Part shown: positions 13,735 through 25,930 of the stretch, piece by piece
How positions within the stretch are numbered: the stretch's first letter is position 1
Layout: the number at the start of each line of letters is the position of its first letter
Assembly: GCF_009914755.1 (NCBI RefSeq)
Contig: NC_060927.1
Reading direction: 5' to 3' (one strand)
From: the human T2T-CHM13v2.0 reference genome, Homo sapiens
Length of the DNA: 64,000 bases
Translations under genes and position numbers: made by a program
Notes under the pieces: model-generated
The model's input: the letters and a program-made list of their open reading frames with translations, nothing else
The model's database searches: none
Told to the model about the DNA's origin: nothing

Positions 13735-14289
13735 ATCTGTCCCACCTTTCTCAGCATTGGAGACCTGTTTCAGTGGTGAAAAATTGCCACCTTCCAAGAA
13801 GCATACAAGCTTCTAAGGTCTTTTAAAGAAGATTTGGGGAATTCCTGGCAGGCTAACTGGACTCTTTGCAAGCTACCAAACATTAGTCGAAAACGATTTA
13901 AGGCCAGGAACGGAAAAGGTCACGTATTCTCTCCAGGTCAAAGCACTACAAACATATGCTAAGGCATCTCCTGGATAAACCACCAGGCATGCCTGAGAAT
14001 AAAATTGTGAATAAATCCTGACCCTATTACCTTGCCTATCTTCCTTCTCATGCTCCAGCACCACTTCTTTTTCAGAAAATGCATTCTTCATGAAATTGTG
14101 GGTAAATTAATCCCTGGGCCCACCCAATGGCTGTTCACGATCCCACTTCCTAAGTCCTCTACCTATAATTCCCGTTTTGCTTTCTTTATCTGACCTCTCT
14201 CATTGCTAGCCACCCAGCTGGATAAAAAGAGTCACTGGGAAGAAGACGCAAAGATGAAAAAATGTGAGGCAAAAATCATTTTATTTTAA

Positions 14290-15480
14290 AGGTTTTCGGA
14301 AAAGTGATTCACGTCATTTTTCGGATTCCATGAACAGATAATCTCGAAGGTATCACTCAAGTTTAAGAGACTGGACTTTTTTCTCCCCCGCCCTTCTCCA
14401 CGCATCAGTGAAAGAGGAGGGAGGAGACGGAGGAGAGAAGAGGCAGGGAGGCGAAAAAGTGACAGAAGCAAGAGAGAAAGGGAGAGAGGGGTGTTGAAGG
14501 AAGGAAGGGAGGAAGGCAAGAGGAGAGGGCTGCTAGGCGTGCTGGAGAGCCTGGGGCGTCCGCCCACCCGCAGGCGCCCCGGACCCGCAAGGGCGGCGCA
14601 AGACTTCCCCAGCGCGCAGTCAGCGTCGCGGCCCCGAAAGCTGGCGACAGGCGCTGCTGTCTTCCCGCCCCGTGGGGTCGCCCCTGCCCTCCCGCGCCCC
14701 GGGGCTGGGGGCGCCACCTTGCCAGCTCCGACTGCTGCAGGGAGCGCCAGGGGTGAGTGTGCGGATCAGCGCTGAGCCCGGGAGTGCGGGTCACGCCCGC
14801 AGCTGGCGCGCAGGTGGGGAAGGGGTGTGGGGACGTGGGGAGTGGGAGGCTGGACAGCGCTTGCTCTCGGCGGAAACGCTGGGAAGCCGGCGCCAAGTCC
14901 TTTCCCACACTACTTTGATCTAACAGCGCAGGAATTCAAGAATTGCCCTTTCCCTTTTCTGCCCACAACCTCTGCTCCCTGGGGGCGAAGTTCTGTGGTG
15001 CTAGGCGGAGATAGTGGTCAAGGCTGGGAGGAAGGGAGGGGTCTGACCCGGGCCCAAGGGCGAGGGGTGGCGGTCCAAGCCGGCGAGACCCCACTTAGGG
15101 CGCAGGCTCCTGGCGCTCCTACCTCGGGAAGCCGCTGGGGTGGAGAGAGACGGGGCACGGGCCAGAATCCAGCAGCGGAAGGAGGGGAGAGTCTTCGAAT
15201 CCATCTCTCGGTGGGATCTTGAGAGGATTCGCGGGGGGGACGGTAAGATAAATCTGAGGAGCTGGAAGAAGCCGTAGATCGGAAATCGCTTGCAGTTTTC
15301 CAACTTTATTTCCCGCGGGTACGAACCATTAAGGTAAAAGGGTCAGAGAGAGCTTCTACCTCGCGGCTGCAGCTTGCCTAGTTGCCGCAGGTCTGACTCA
15401 AGGTAGGGTTGTTGGCGCCTTCCTGTTTGGAGGGGCAATCAAGCAAAAGAGAAAGGGGGATCCGAGAGACCGGCGGAATG
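14290..15480. promoter_or_regulatory. CpG-island promoter
   Basis: Only non-Alu CpG/GC-rich block in the window; CRE-like TCACGTCA 14309-14316, GC box CCCCGCCC 14386-14393, Inr-like TCAGT 14405-14409, AP-1 TGACTCA 15394-15400; CCAAT just upstream at 14124. Confidence 0.9.
14407..14752 (+). other. Probable non-coding first exon of an unidentified gene (start approximate)
   Basis: Inr-like start, purine-rich then GC-rich leader with no ATG, consensus donor GGG|GTGAGT at 14753, downstream G-runs, antisense bias of downstream retroelements. Confidence 0.65.
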
Positions 15481-16889
15481 AGGGTTCATCCTCAGGGGTC
15501 CTGCCCCTAAAGGGGCTGTGAGAGCTCAGGGATGAGTAGAAAAAATGCAAACGGAGATGGGCATTTGGGGAGGTTCCAATGCTGGATGTGATGTTGAGGT
15601 TATTTCAGTTTGCATGAAAGAGGTGGCCACTGATGGGGCCCTGGATGAGAGAGCCTTTCGTAAGGACAGGCACTTTGGAAGAAGCCTTAAGGAGCAGATT
15701 TTGTTTTTCCTGCATGTTAATTACTTCCCAGGCACCTTGACGATCGTAATATAGTTAAGATGATTTGTTAGGTGAATATTTAAGATGACATAAGCAGGTG
15801 GCATTAACCTCTCCCCCATATTCTGGAACAGATATATAATTATTACAATTTGATTAAATTTTAGTGGATATGCTATGCCAAAAAAAAAAAAAAGAGAGAG
15901 AGAAAACAGGAAAACAGTACAAATTTTAAAACGGGTTTCGCTCTAGTTCTATTTACATACAAGTCTTTGAAATTTGATTTGATGATCAACAGTCTAATGA
16001 TGCTTAAGTTTGGTGTGCCCCATTTGTCTGTGTGTTTCTTGTGAGAGGTGGAATGAACTCTGGGCTACATTTCGCTGATAAAGTGAGGGTATCCACGCAG
16101 AAGCAAACCCGAGGAAGACTCTGCCATCGCCTCTGGGCTTGCAGTCTCTTCCTCTTCTTCCTCTCCATTTTCCCCTCCCCAAACTCATAAACAGGTCCAA
16201 GCATCACCACTTCGTGCCTTCCCTAAGGAAAGAGTCGTTCATGCTTCCCCCCACCCCATTCTAATCTTTGTTTCAAAGTGAGTCTTGAGAATGAGAGTAT
16301 GTATTCACTGTTTCCAATCAAAAGGGGTTTTCTAAGCTTTGGGAGAGGTGGTTCAATAAAGGAACAAACTCAGATGTTTCTAGAACAAATTTTACACTTG
16401 CCTGCTATTAACTTAGGAGTTCCTATGAAAATAACTTATTTTACTAATTTTTAATCCAAGGAAGTTCAGTATATTTTTCCACACGTCTTTCAGTTAGTAT
16501 GAATCATTTATTCACGCTTCATCCAAGTGGGCTTATTACAGAGCTAATGAGCTTAAGTTATATTAAGGGATTGTTCCTTGTCAACAGCATACAAATAACT
16601 TATTTGTTGGAATGAGGACTTTAAAGAATAATGCACTTTCTGCCATCTTGCCGCATTAGCCAAATTTTATTATATAAATGGGTGGGATTGAGCAACAGCA
16701 CATTTGTAAAGTCAACTTGTTCACTTTTTAAAAATGAATATATTAACTAGTTATATTGTTTTTATTGTTCTTATAAAGACTACTATAAAGCTGTTAATTA
16801 AAATTATACACATACTTTTCTTAGAAGATATTTTATTTTTATTTAAAGTTGGGCGCATATTTTTCCCAAAGACTTTCAAAATTATGACT

Positions 16890-16892
<3 letters not shown>

Positions 16893-16920
<28 letters not shown>

Positions 16921-17193
16921 GAGATGGAGTCTCTGTCTCCACGCTGGAGTGCAGTTGCACAATCTCGGCTCACTGCAACCTCTGACTCCCTGGTTCAAGC
17001 GATTCTCCTGCCTCAGCCTCCTGAGTAGCTGGGATTGCAGGCGCATGCCACCACACCCAGCTAATTTGTATTTTTAGTAGAAACAAGGTTTCACCATGTT
17101 GGCCAGGATGGTCTCGATCTCCTGACCTCGTGATCTGCCCGCTTTGGCCTTTCAAAGTGTTGGGATTACAGGCGTGAGCCACAGCGCCCGGCC
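16893..17193 (-). mobile_element. AluS (Sc-like)
   Basis: T28 tail plus full dimer; ggccaggatggtctcgatctcctgacctcgtgatc. Confidence 0.93.
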
Positions 17194-18724
17194 AACTTAC
17201 TTCTTAATCAGAAATAAAAGGAGTGATAGTTTAAATTTTCTTATCTAGCAAATGTGGTCTTTTTTGAATTTGATTAACTTTTACTGAAATCATTTTAAAG
17301 ATGTTTGAAGGGCACTCTCTAGTACGTTAGTAATAACTGGGTAATGTAAAACAACATGGACATAGCGATATTTGCAAAACCATGGCAGGATTCTCTTTTT
17401 TTTCCAATATGAAAGGTGGACGGGATGCTGTTTGAGGCAGGGTAAACAAGATGCTGTGTGTTGCCTTCTGGTTGTTAGCTGAAAGCACTATTAATCTTTC
17501 AGTGGCCAGGTCCAGAAACCCCTAGGGAAACATATGTAGTGATCCAACCTAGAACCACAGTTCCCGTGCCCTGTAAGTGGAAACCTTACTTTTCCATTCC
17601 CTCAGCCTTAAATTAGACAGAGAAGAAATACTAATTTCTGATCTAAAAGTGAGAACCTTGAAGTGCAGTAGGAAAACTCAAAATTGACATCTGAAACAGA
17701 CATGATCCTTCCATTTGAAAATGAACAAAAGAGACATATTTTAGAGCCTAGAAATGAACAGAAATAGGCAAAAATTACATCAATGAGTATGAAAAAGGGG
17801 AAACTCTATTAATTTCATAATCTTTCCAATTTCTTTGTGTTATTTCCTTCTCTCAGAAGTAATATGTGTCCATTTAACCCAGGGTACAGAGCTCGTATTT
17901 TCTTCTATGTACAGTGGGAAGACATGAAAGCATTTCAGCAGGAAACTGTTTCCCCAATAACTTCTTGCTATTCTGTGGAGAGTTTCTGTTGGAAGACAAG
18001 AAGGGAAGCAAGAAGGCTGTCAGGCAGTCACTAGTGTTTGCCAGCCTAGTCTTTAACCAGGATGTATTGTAGAGATGGTGAGAAGTGTGTGAATTCTGGA
18101 TGTATTTGGAGGCAAAGGTGACAAGACTTGATGATAGATTAGATATGGTGGGTGTTGGAAGGAAAGGAATTGAGGCTCATGTCTAGATTTATGACCAGAG
18201 CAACAGGAAAAAATGCAGTTGTCACCAACTGATATGAGAAGACAAAGGAACAGTTACATTTTGAGCAGCTTACTAGATATCTAGGTGCAGGCATAACGGG
18301 TAGATGGGACAGAGCTCAAGGAAAAAGCCAGAGTTGGAGATAAGAATGTGTGAGTCATCATTATATAAATGGCATTTAGAAGAACGGGATTTTATGAAAT
18401 AATTTCAGGGGAGAATGTATTTAAAGGATCAAGCTGAGAAAAGAGTTCTAGAGCAGTCCAAAATATGGATATTGAAGAGGGTAGGAGCCATAAAAGGAAA
18501 CTGAGAAGGAGCAGTTAGTGGAATAGGGAAAAATCCAGAAGGGTGTGATATTATGGAAGCCAAAAGAAGAAAGTACTTTTTTTAAGAAAAAAGGAAGTGC
18601 TGATCAGCTGTGTCCAATGTTGCTAAAGTACAAAATTATGTAAAGGCAAAGAATTACCTTGGAATTAAGCTATTTCAGTCAAAATGGTGGTGACAAGATT
18701 GATCTTTAAGAATTGAGCATAGAT

Positions 18725-19560
18725 TGGTGACCTAGTGATTCCAGTTCTAGGAATTTATCTTATAGATATGCTTGCACTTAAGTAAAAATAATAATAGATG
18801 TTCACAGTTACTCTTTGCAGTTTTGTACATAAGCAAACAATTGAAAACAACATAAATACGTATACATAGAAAACAAGCCAAATAATCTATATATAGTAGT
18901 CCCTCCTTATTCAGTTTCACTTTCCCTAGTTTCAGTTACCGGCAGTCAACCGCAGTCTAAAAATGTTAAATGGAAAATTTCAGACATACAAAAATCATGT
19001 TTTAAATAGCATGTCATTCTGAGTATTGTTATAATTGTTCTTTGTTATTAGTTATTGTTGGTAATCTCTTACTGTGCCTAATTTATGAATTAAAGTTTAT
19101 CATAGGTATGTATGGATAGGGAAAAACATAGTGTGTATACAGAGAGTTTGGAGTTATTCATGGTTTCAGGCATTCACTGGGGGGTCTTGGGCCTATGCCT
19201 AATAGATAACTAGGAACTACTGTATGTACATTCAATGGAATACTATCTGGGTGTTAAAATTATTAGGCAGCTTTCCATATGTTAAAATTAAAAGATCTGC
19301 AAAGTCTGCTAAGCTAGCAGAAAAAGTTGCAATGCAGTATGTTTGAAATGCTATCATTTATTACAGAACAAATCAAAATGAGCCTTTATATGAAAACATA
19401 TTTTAAAAACAGTAGACAATAGTAGTTTCCTACAAGGAAGGAAACTGGATGGTAGGGTAAAATGATAGAAGGAAGATAAACTCTGTTTTTATATACTTTA
19501 ATACCTTTGAATCACGTGCACATAGATTAGCTATTCAAAACCCTAAATAAAACTTCACGC
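18725..19560 (+). mobile_element. Old L1 (L1ME-like) 3' fragment split by MER44
   Basis: gacctagtgattccagttctaggaatttatc ... caatggaatactat motifs on either side of MER44. Confidence 0.6.
18894..19222 (+). mobile_element. MER44-family (Tigger7-derived) DNA transposon
   Basis: Ends (t)agtagtccctccttat / gaactactg with flanking TA; internal aatctcttactgtgcctaatttat. Confidence 0.85.
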
Positions 19561-20889
19561 ATGAATCTGAAAAAAAAATGTAGCTTAAAATATGAAAGAA
19601 AATAAAGAATGGGTGATGAGGAAATTAATACTATGTACCACACAACTCTGAAAAAGTTTCAAAAAGAAGATTAAAAGTAGCTGGAGTGGGCCATGGAGAC
19701 TTGTTTTTAAAATGGGAGTTACTAATGTCGGAAGTAGACCAATGAGGATAAACTACACAGAAGGCAAAGCTGATGGTGGGACAAAAAGGAATACTGTGGG
19801 AGCAAACCCTTTAATAAGTGGTAGGGGATGGCATGACTGGTGCTAGTAAGAGAGGGAACTAGCAGGTTGAGGAACAGGGACAGTGCCATTTCCCAGAAAC
19901 TCCCAGATTTGGATCTGTCCTTTGGCCAGCATCCTACATTCCTAAAGCTAAGTGTGCTTGGGACAGTTGCATGTACAATTGCAGTTGATGGCATCATAAA
20001 GTCTCAGGTCTTAATGTCATTCGGATCATCACTCTCATCAAATCTTTCTTACCATTGGTTGCCACTCCCTCCAGTTTCCCACCTGCTCCAAACTAACACT
20101 GTCTCTGCCCCCTCCCCCTTCAGTCTCAGGACAGTTCTTCACCGGGACTTCAGAGGTTCTCAAGAATGAATCTCCCTCACCAGTTCCAACTCCTGTATGT
20201 CTATCTGCTCAGCTCCTCTGCTTCCCTCTAGGCCGATTGTCAAGCTGACCACCCTCTCTGCTCTGGGTCCCACAACTGCCCCCACTCCAATCTGAATTTT
20301 GCTTCATAAACAATTCTTTTAACCACCTGCAACTTGAGCCTCTTCTGTATTTCATGACTTTGTTATTTAAAGGTATTAAGATTATATCACTCCCATCCAT
20401 CCATAAAACCAGCAGAAAAACAGCAAAACTCTCATGACCCTGACCCCCCTCCACCCGCCGTAGCTAGAGTCCCATTTGATCTTTTCTCAGCTATCTTCCC
20501 TCAAAAAAAAAAAACCTAATTTTTATTTCCTGTCACCAGCTCCTCCACTCCCATTAACTCCTCTCCCACCACAGGCCGGATTCCACTCCCACGATCCCAT
20601 GAAACTACTTTGGCAATAGTCACTATATTATTAAATCAGAAGCTACTGATCACTGAAAACTCAGCTCACCGAATGACTCAGTAACATTGGACAAAGCTAA
20701 CCATTAATCATCCATGCCTTATTTTTCCTGAGGCTCAGAGACACTTGTCTTTCCTGTGAAGTCTCTGACAGCACTCTCTTGGTCCCCTTATTATATCTTT
20801 GATTTTTACTTCTTCATTCGTTTGGTGATCCTCTTCCATTGCCCATTCTTAGCTCTCTTGTTCATTCACTTCCATTTTATGTTTTGGTC

Positions 20890-21050
20890 AAAGATCCTTT
20901 TGAGAGTCTCAAAACAAAAATAGGAAAAAATGAAAATAAAAACAAACTATGTCATTTCTCCCCAAGGGAAAAATGCACATAGATACAAATATTTGCAGAT
21001 AATTTTAGACAATTAGCAGACTCATTTAAGTCCATCAGTGAGAGTTGGGA
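20890..21050. mobile_element. MER103C-like hAT element
   Basis: ccttttgagagtct...ctccccaagggaaaaatgcacatagatacaaatatttgca. Confidence 0.55.
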
Positions 21051-21127
21051 ATCTTTCCCAGGCTTTCTTATAAAAAAATTTCATCAGCTACTGTAATTTC
21101 AGCAACACCAAATGAGATGATGAATCC

Positions 21128-21680
21128 TAGTTTGTCCAAATGTGAAGGTGACTCTCAGTTCTAGCATTACCCAATAATAGTCCCCTTTTGGTATATCCAA
21201 GTCGTTATACATACTGCCTTCATGATTTTTTTTCATACCTGCATACAACAATGTTTCTTATTTATATCATTTCTTTAAATTGAATCATATTTTAAAATAG
21301 CAATAAATAAAAATAAAATCCTTATCAATATTGTTAATGGAAAATTGATACTACTGCCACAAATAAGATGAAATGATAAAAAGAATATAGCAAACAACAT
21401 AGTGATATTATTACATTTTAATTAGGTATTTATTCTCAGCTAAAAGACTTGAGCCCGAGGCTGATATTCTGTTGAAGTAAAAAGTAGATGAGCAAAAGTT
21501 AAGAACAAACTTCCACCAAGCTAGAAGTCTTTGAAGTGGTTAATCCAAAGGGAAAGGAAATTGAAAGGAGAATAAAACCCTCACTATCTGATACAACATT
21601 ATGTAATTCCATGAGCTGGTACAAGTAGTCCCCTGAGTAGCACCAGTAGGATACATCCTGGCATTGGGGTAAATTCCCCT
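21128..21680. mobile_element. Charlie4a-like hAT element
   Basis: gagcccgaggc...gaaattgaaaggagaataaaaccctcactatctgat...gtagcaccagtagg resembles recalled consensus. Confidence 0.5.
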
Positions 21681-23264
21681 CTCTTCTGCATATCTAGCCC
21701 AATCCTCCCTATTAAACTAAAAGCCCTCAAGATGGTAACATGGACAGATGGATGACCTCCATGCTCAGTTAACAGGTTCATAATTAAACTCATCTTTCTC
21801 CCCTAAATGTTTAAGACTCATATAGTCCATATTCTATCAGAGAGACTCTCCAAATTTCTTTTTTAAAGTTTTTCTCCAGACTCAGCCAAATACAGTCAGA
21901 CTACTCTTAGATGGGTCTCTCGAATATACTATACTTTCCTGATCATTCATTACTTACTTATTCAATATGCTTAGTCTAGACTCTTTCAATACCTTCCAAA
22001 CTCATCTCCCTGAATCTAGCCTTGCCCTCATTTGTCGTTTTTCCCATATTGTCACCAAATTAACTTTAGGTATTAGTTCTGTCTCATGCTTAAAATCCTT
22101 TAGTGGCTCCTCATGTCATTCTGGGAACAAGCCAAGCCCTGTAGCTCATCCTTCCAAGTCCTTCTTCCTCTGAATTTCTGCTCCAACTTTACTTTCAGCC
22201 ACCCTTCCTTGCCAGCCCACTAGCTATGCTCAGCAACAGGGAACTACTCACACTTCTCTGACATAGGTTTTCCTTTCTTCTCTCAGCTCTGAATATCCTT
22301 CCTTCCACCTGGCAAATTCTTAGTCATTTGCCAAAATTTACATGGATTTGTTTTTCTTCCCAGACTTCTTCCTTTGCTAAAAAGTAATTCACTCCTCTAA
22401 AGTAGCTGTGATCCTTTTGTAAATATCCATAGTGCATTCACCATGCTGTTTGTATTTTATTTATTTACATGTCTCTTCTCTCCAGTTAGGCTAGTGAGTA
22501 CCTGGAGGCAGAAATGGAGTCTTTTCCATCTCTGTATCTTCAGACTGAATGAACTGTAGTGCTCAGCACAAACAGCATCAAAGGGAAACTTCTGTGACTC
22601 TTGTGTTGCCTGAGTTAAGAGCAACTGTAAACAAGCCATGTTATGTAATACTTTACAACTACCCTTGAGTAGGAGTGATTTTCTGGAAATCACCTCAAAA
22701 AATTGTCTTTCTTGGTTCATTGGTACTCTGTCTATGGCATTTCTCTCTTTCAAACTGTTTCATAAAATTAAAAGACAAAATAAAACCCCAGAGAAGTTTC
22801 CTAATGTAATCTTCTGTATCTACAGTCTTTAAGACAGATGGCTATTTCTCTTATTTAACAAAATATCAAGAAAAGTATATAGTCTCACTCAATAACCCAC
22901 TTTAGTGTTAAGCTGCCTTTATTTTTCGTATACAATATAAATTGACATTACTATAGTTATTTCTATTCTTTTTTCTTGAAATGAATATGGAGTTACATTT
23001 TCCTTATGTCAAACTTTCATCTATTTCAAAACAATGCCAACTAATATTGAACAAAAATATCTGAATTAAATCTGGAGTTATTAATAAGCACTCATCTTTT
23101 GCAGAGGCTTAACTTTCTAGCTTATCTAGGATTCAAAGCTCTTTGGTGCTAATTTAGCTTCAGTCTTTCCTTTCTTTTTGTATTATCTCCTCATCTTATA
23201 CCTTATAGTATACCAGTGTAGTAGCACACTTATAGTGAAAATTAGTGGAGTAAAATCTTGTTTG

Positions 23265-23712
23265 TGTGAACCCAGAATATCTGAAACAGGTCTCAATTAA
23301 TTTAGAAAGTTGATTTTGCCAAGGTTAAGAGTGCACCTGTGACACAGACTCAGGAAGTCCTGACGACATGTGCCCAAGGTGGTCGGGGCACAGCTAGGTT
23401 TTATACATTTTAGGGAGACATGAGACGTCAATCAATATATGTAAGAAGTACGTTGATCTGGTCTGGAAAGGTGGGGCATCTTGAAGCAAGGGCAGGAGGA
23501 CTTGCCAGGAGGGAGCTTCCAGATCACAGATAGGTGAGACACACACAGTTGCATTCCTTTGAGTTTCTGATTAGCCTTTCCAAAGGAGGCTATCTCAGTG
23601 AGCAGAGGGATGACTTTGAATAGAATGGGAGGGGAGGCAGGTTTGCCCTAAGCAGCTTGCAGCTTGAGTTTTCCTTAGTGATTTTGGAGGCCTAAGATAT
23701 TTTCCTTTCGTA
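23265..23712 (-). mobile_element. MER4A-type ERV1 solo LTR
   Basis: Reverse strand begins (t)gaaaggaaaatatcttaggcc...aaaatcactaagg; contains tctgaaacaggtctcaattaatttagaaag. Confidence 0.85.
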
Positions 23713-23886
23713 TTGGAGATAGATAGTTTATAGAAGTAAAAAGAAGTATATACATTAAAATAGTCAAGGTTATATCCAAATACCTAGACATGAAAAGCCC
23801 TTATTTTATAATTATGTTTTGATCCTTTAATACTTTGTTTTTAAGTCATTTGTGATATTTAGAAAAATATATAAAGCATGGCTTTG

Positions 23887-24268
23887 CTTTCTTTCTTTCC
23901 TTCCTTCCTTTCTTCCTTCTTTTTCTTTCTTTCCCTCCCTTCTTCCCTCCCTCCCTTCCTTCCTTCCTTTTCTTTCTTTCCCTCCCTCCTTCCCTCCCTC
24001 CCTCCTCCCTCCCTCCCTCCCTTCCTTTTCTTTCTTTCCCTCCCTTCTTCCCTCCCTCCCTCTCTCCCTCCCTCCCTCCCTTCCTTTCTTCTTTTTCTTT
24101 CTTTCCCTCCCTTCTTCCCTCCCTCCCTCTCTCCCTCCCTCCCTCCCTTCCTTCCTTCCTTCCTTCTTTTTCTTTCTTTCCTTCCCTTCTTCCCTCCCTC
24201 CCTCCCTCCCTTCCTTCCTTCCTTCCTCCCTTCCTTCTTTCCCTCTTTCTCTCTTTCTTCTTTTTTTT
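23887..24268. repeat. Complex (CTTT/CCTT/CCCT)n polypyrimidine tract
   Basis: 382 nt with no purine; abuts the tail of an antisense Alu. Confidence 0.97.
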
Positions 24269-24558
24269 GAGACATGGTCTTGTTTTGTCATCCAGGCTAG
24301 AGTGCAATAGTAGGATGATCACAGCTCACAGCAGCCTTGAAATTTGGGGGCCAAGTGATCTTCCCACCTCAACCTCCCAAGCAGCTAGAACTACAGGCCT
24401 GCACCACCACGCCAGGCTAATTTTTCTGTTTTCCTTCTGGAGACAGTATGTTACTATATTGCCTAGGCTAGTCTTAAATTCCTGGCTTCTAGCAGTCCTC
24501 CTGCCTCAGCACCCCCTCAAACTGCTGGGATTACAGGCATGAGCCACCGCTCCTGGCT
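24269..24558 (-). mobile_element. AluJ
   Basis: Diverged dimer; gatcacagctcacagcagccttg J-type motif. Confidence 0.88.
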
Positions 24559-25739
24559 TGATTTTGTTTTCTAATTATCATAGGAAGCAAAATTCCTGAC
24601 CAGTGTATTAATAGCTAAGTAACATCAGAAAAAGACTAATTTGGCACATGCTTACAAGCAAGGGTAGCTTAGTTTTATGGTACACATAAAAGTAAATAGG
24701 TTAGTTGCATATTTTCATGCCTTTTTATTAAATAATGTTTGAAATAATAAGTCGCAGATTTGGAAAGTGCCCATTGCAACATTCTGTTTACATTTCATCC
24801 AGTGCAGCTACCACAACACAGCACTAATAATTCAAGGCATCTTTTAGCAGGTTCTTTAGAATCTTGGCAGCTGCTTGACAAGCCAAGGAGGACCCTTCAA
24901 TCTTAGTAATTCTGGTTGAAATAAAAGCAATGGAGCTGTCTATTCTTACCTTTCCTAAATGAAGTCTAGATTGTATGATTTGGAGCCTTTCTGTTTTGAG
25001 AAAAGGAACCTGGATTTCAAATGCTCCAAAAACCATTTTCTCTCGAATTCATCTGTGAATTTTCCTTTCCCCTCTCTCTTCTGATTAAGTTCACTCAGCC
25101 ACCATCAATTTTATAAGATATCAGAAGAGAGAAAATATTATTTATTTTATCTTAGTCATAATCCTGGAAAGGGCCTTCAAGTGTAAGGATTAAAATCCTG
25201 ACAAACTTCATTTTCGTCTTAAAGAAGTTTACCAAGATTTAGCTCAATTCTATGCAAACTTCCTTTCTACATATATTCTCCCAGATTTACCCTCTCACTA
25301 AAAGCAGGTGCAACATCTCATTGAACATCATTGCTATCCTCAGGATCTAAGGGGGGAAAATCTATCCAGATTGATGCACTTTTTAAAAAGTATGAAAGCA
25401 TCATACTACTGTGAAATTGTAAGTAGACAATTTCACTTCTGCAGTGATATTCAGAAAGGTTACAGTAAAACCAGTGTCATATATTGGAACATTACTCAGA
25501 AGCAGCATCTAATTTGACATAAGATACAAAATATGTACAATTCGTGTTACAGTAGGGAAGTGCTTTCTCAGTGAATGAATTCTAAAGCATAATAAAAGTC
25601 AGATCAGGTCTTCCAAACTGAAAAGTAGAAGGAATACTTCTGCCCAGTGTACAAACAATGGAGTAGGTAGAAGAATAATATAGAACTACATATAATTCCA
25701 TGAGTACAATCATAGTAACTTGAGAATAAACTGATCATT

Positions 25740-25930
25740 TTTACAGTTTCATTCAGATATTTTATTACACGTTATCTTCAAGGGTGGACAAGAAGGATTA
25801 TCCCCATTTTACAGAAGAGGGAAGTGATTCCCAGAGATGGTTTGTTTTATAGCCAAGAGCAGATAAATGGTGAAACTGGGCGTACAAATCCACATTACAA
25901 TTCAGTCCTATCATTTTCCAGCTATAGATT
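25740..25930 (-). mobile_element. MIR
   Basis: attatccccattttacagaagaggg core. Confidence 0.7.

Larger units (their letters stand above)
17990..19850 (-). mobile_element. L2 fragments interrupted by L1ME and MER44
   Basis: Purine-rich reversed L2 (ggtgagaagtg...attctggatgtatttggagg...acaagacttgatgatagattagat). Confidence 0.7.
20000..22580 (+). mobile_element. L2 fragments interrupted by MER103C- and Charlie4-like elements
   Basis: Pyrimidine-rich L2 RT/3' sequence (ccatgaaactactttggcaatagtcac; cttaaaatcctttagtggctcc; tttatttacatgtctc). Confidence 0.6.

Noticed and set aside
14407-14752. Assigning a gene symbol to the promoter
   Set aside because: No coding exon in the window and I do not reliably recognise the leader; needs BLAT to GRCh38
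14844-14862. REST/RE1 site (ggacagcgc)
   Set aside because: Only the right half matches; no TCAGCACC left half at the proper spacing
14286-15303. Overlapping 83-167 aa ORFs in the CpG island
   Set aside because: Expected in GC-rich DNA; mostly non-ATG starts, no recognisable domain, and several cross the splice donor
23827-24322. Five overlapping 130-158 aa ORFs (EGRK-rich or PSFL-rich)
   Set aside because: Artefact: a purine-free tract cannot contain stop codons on either strand
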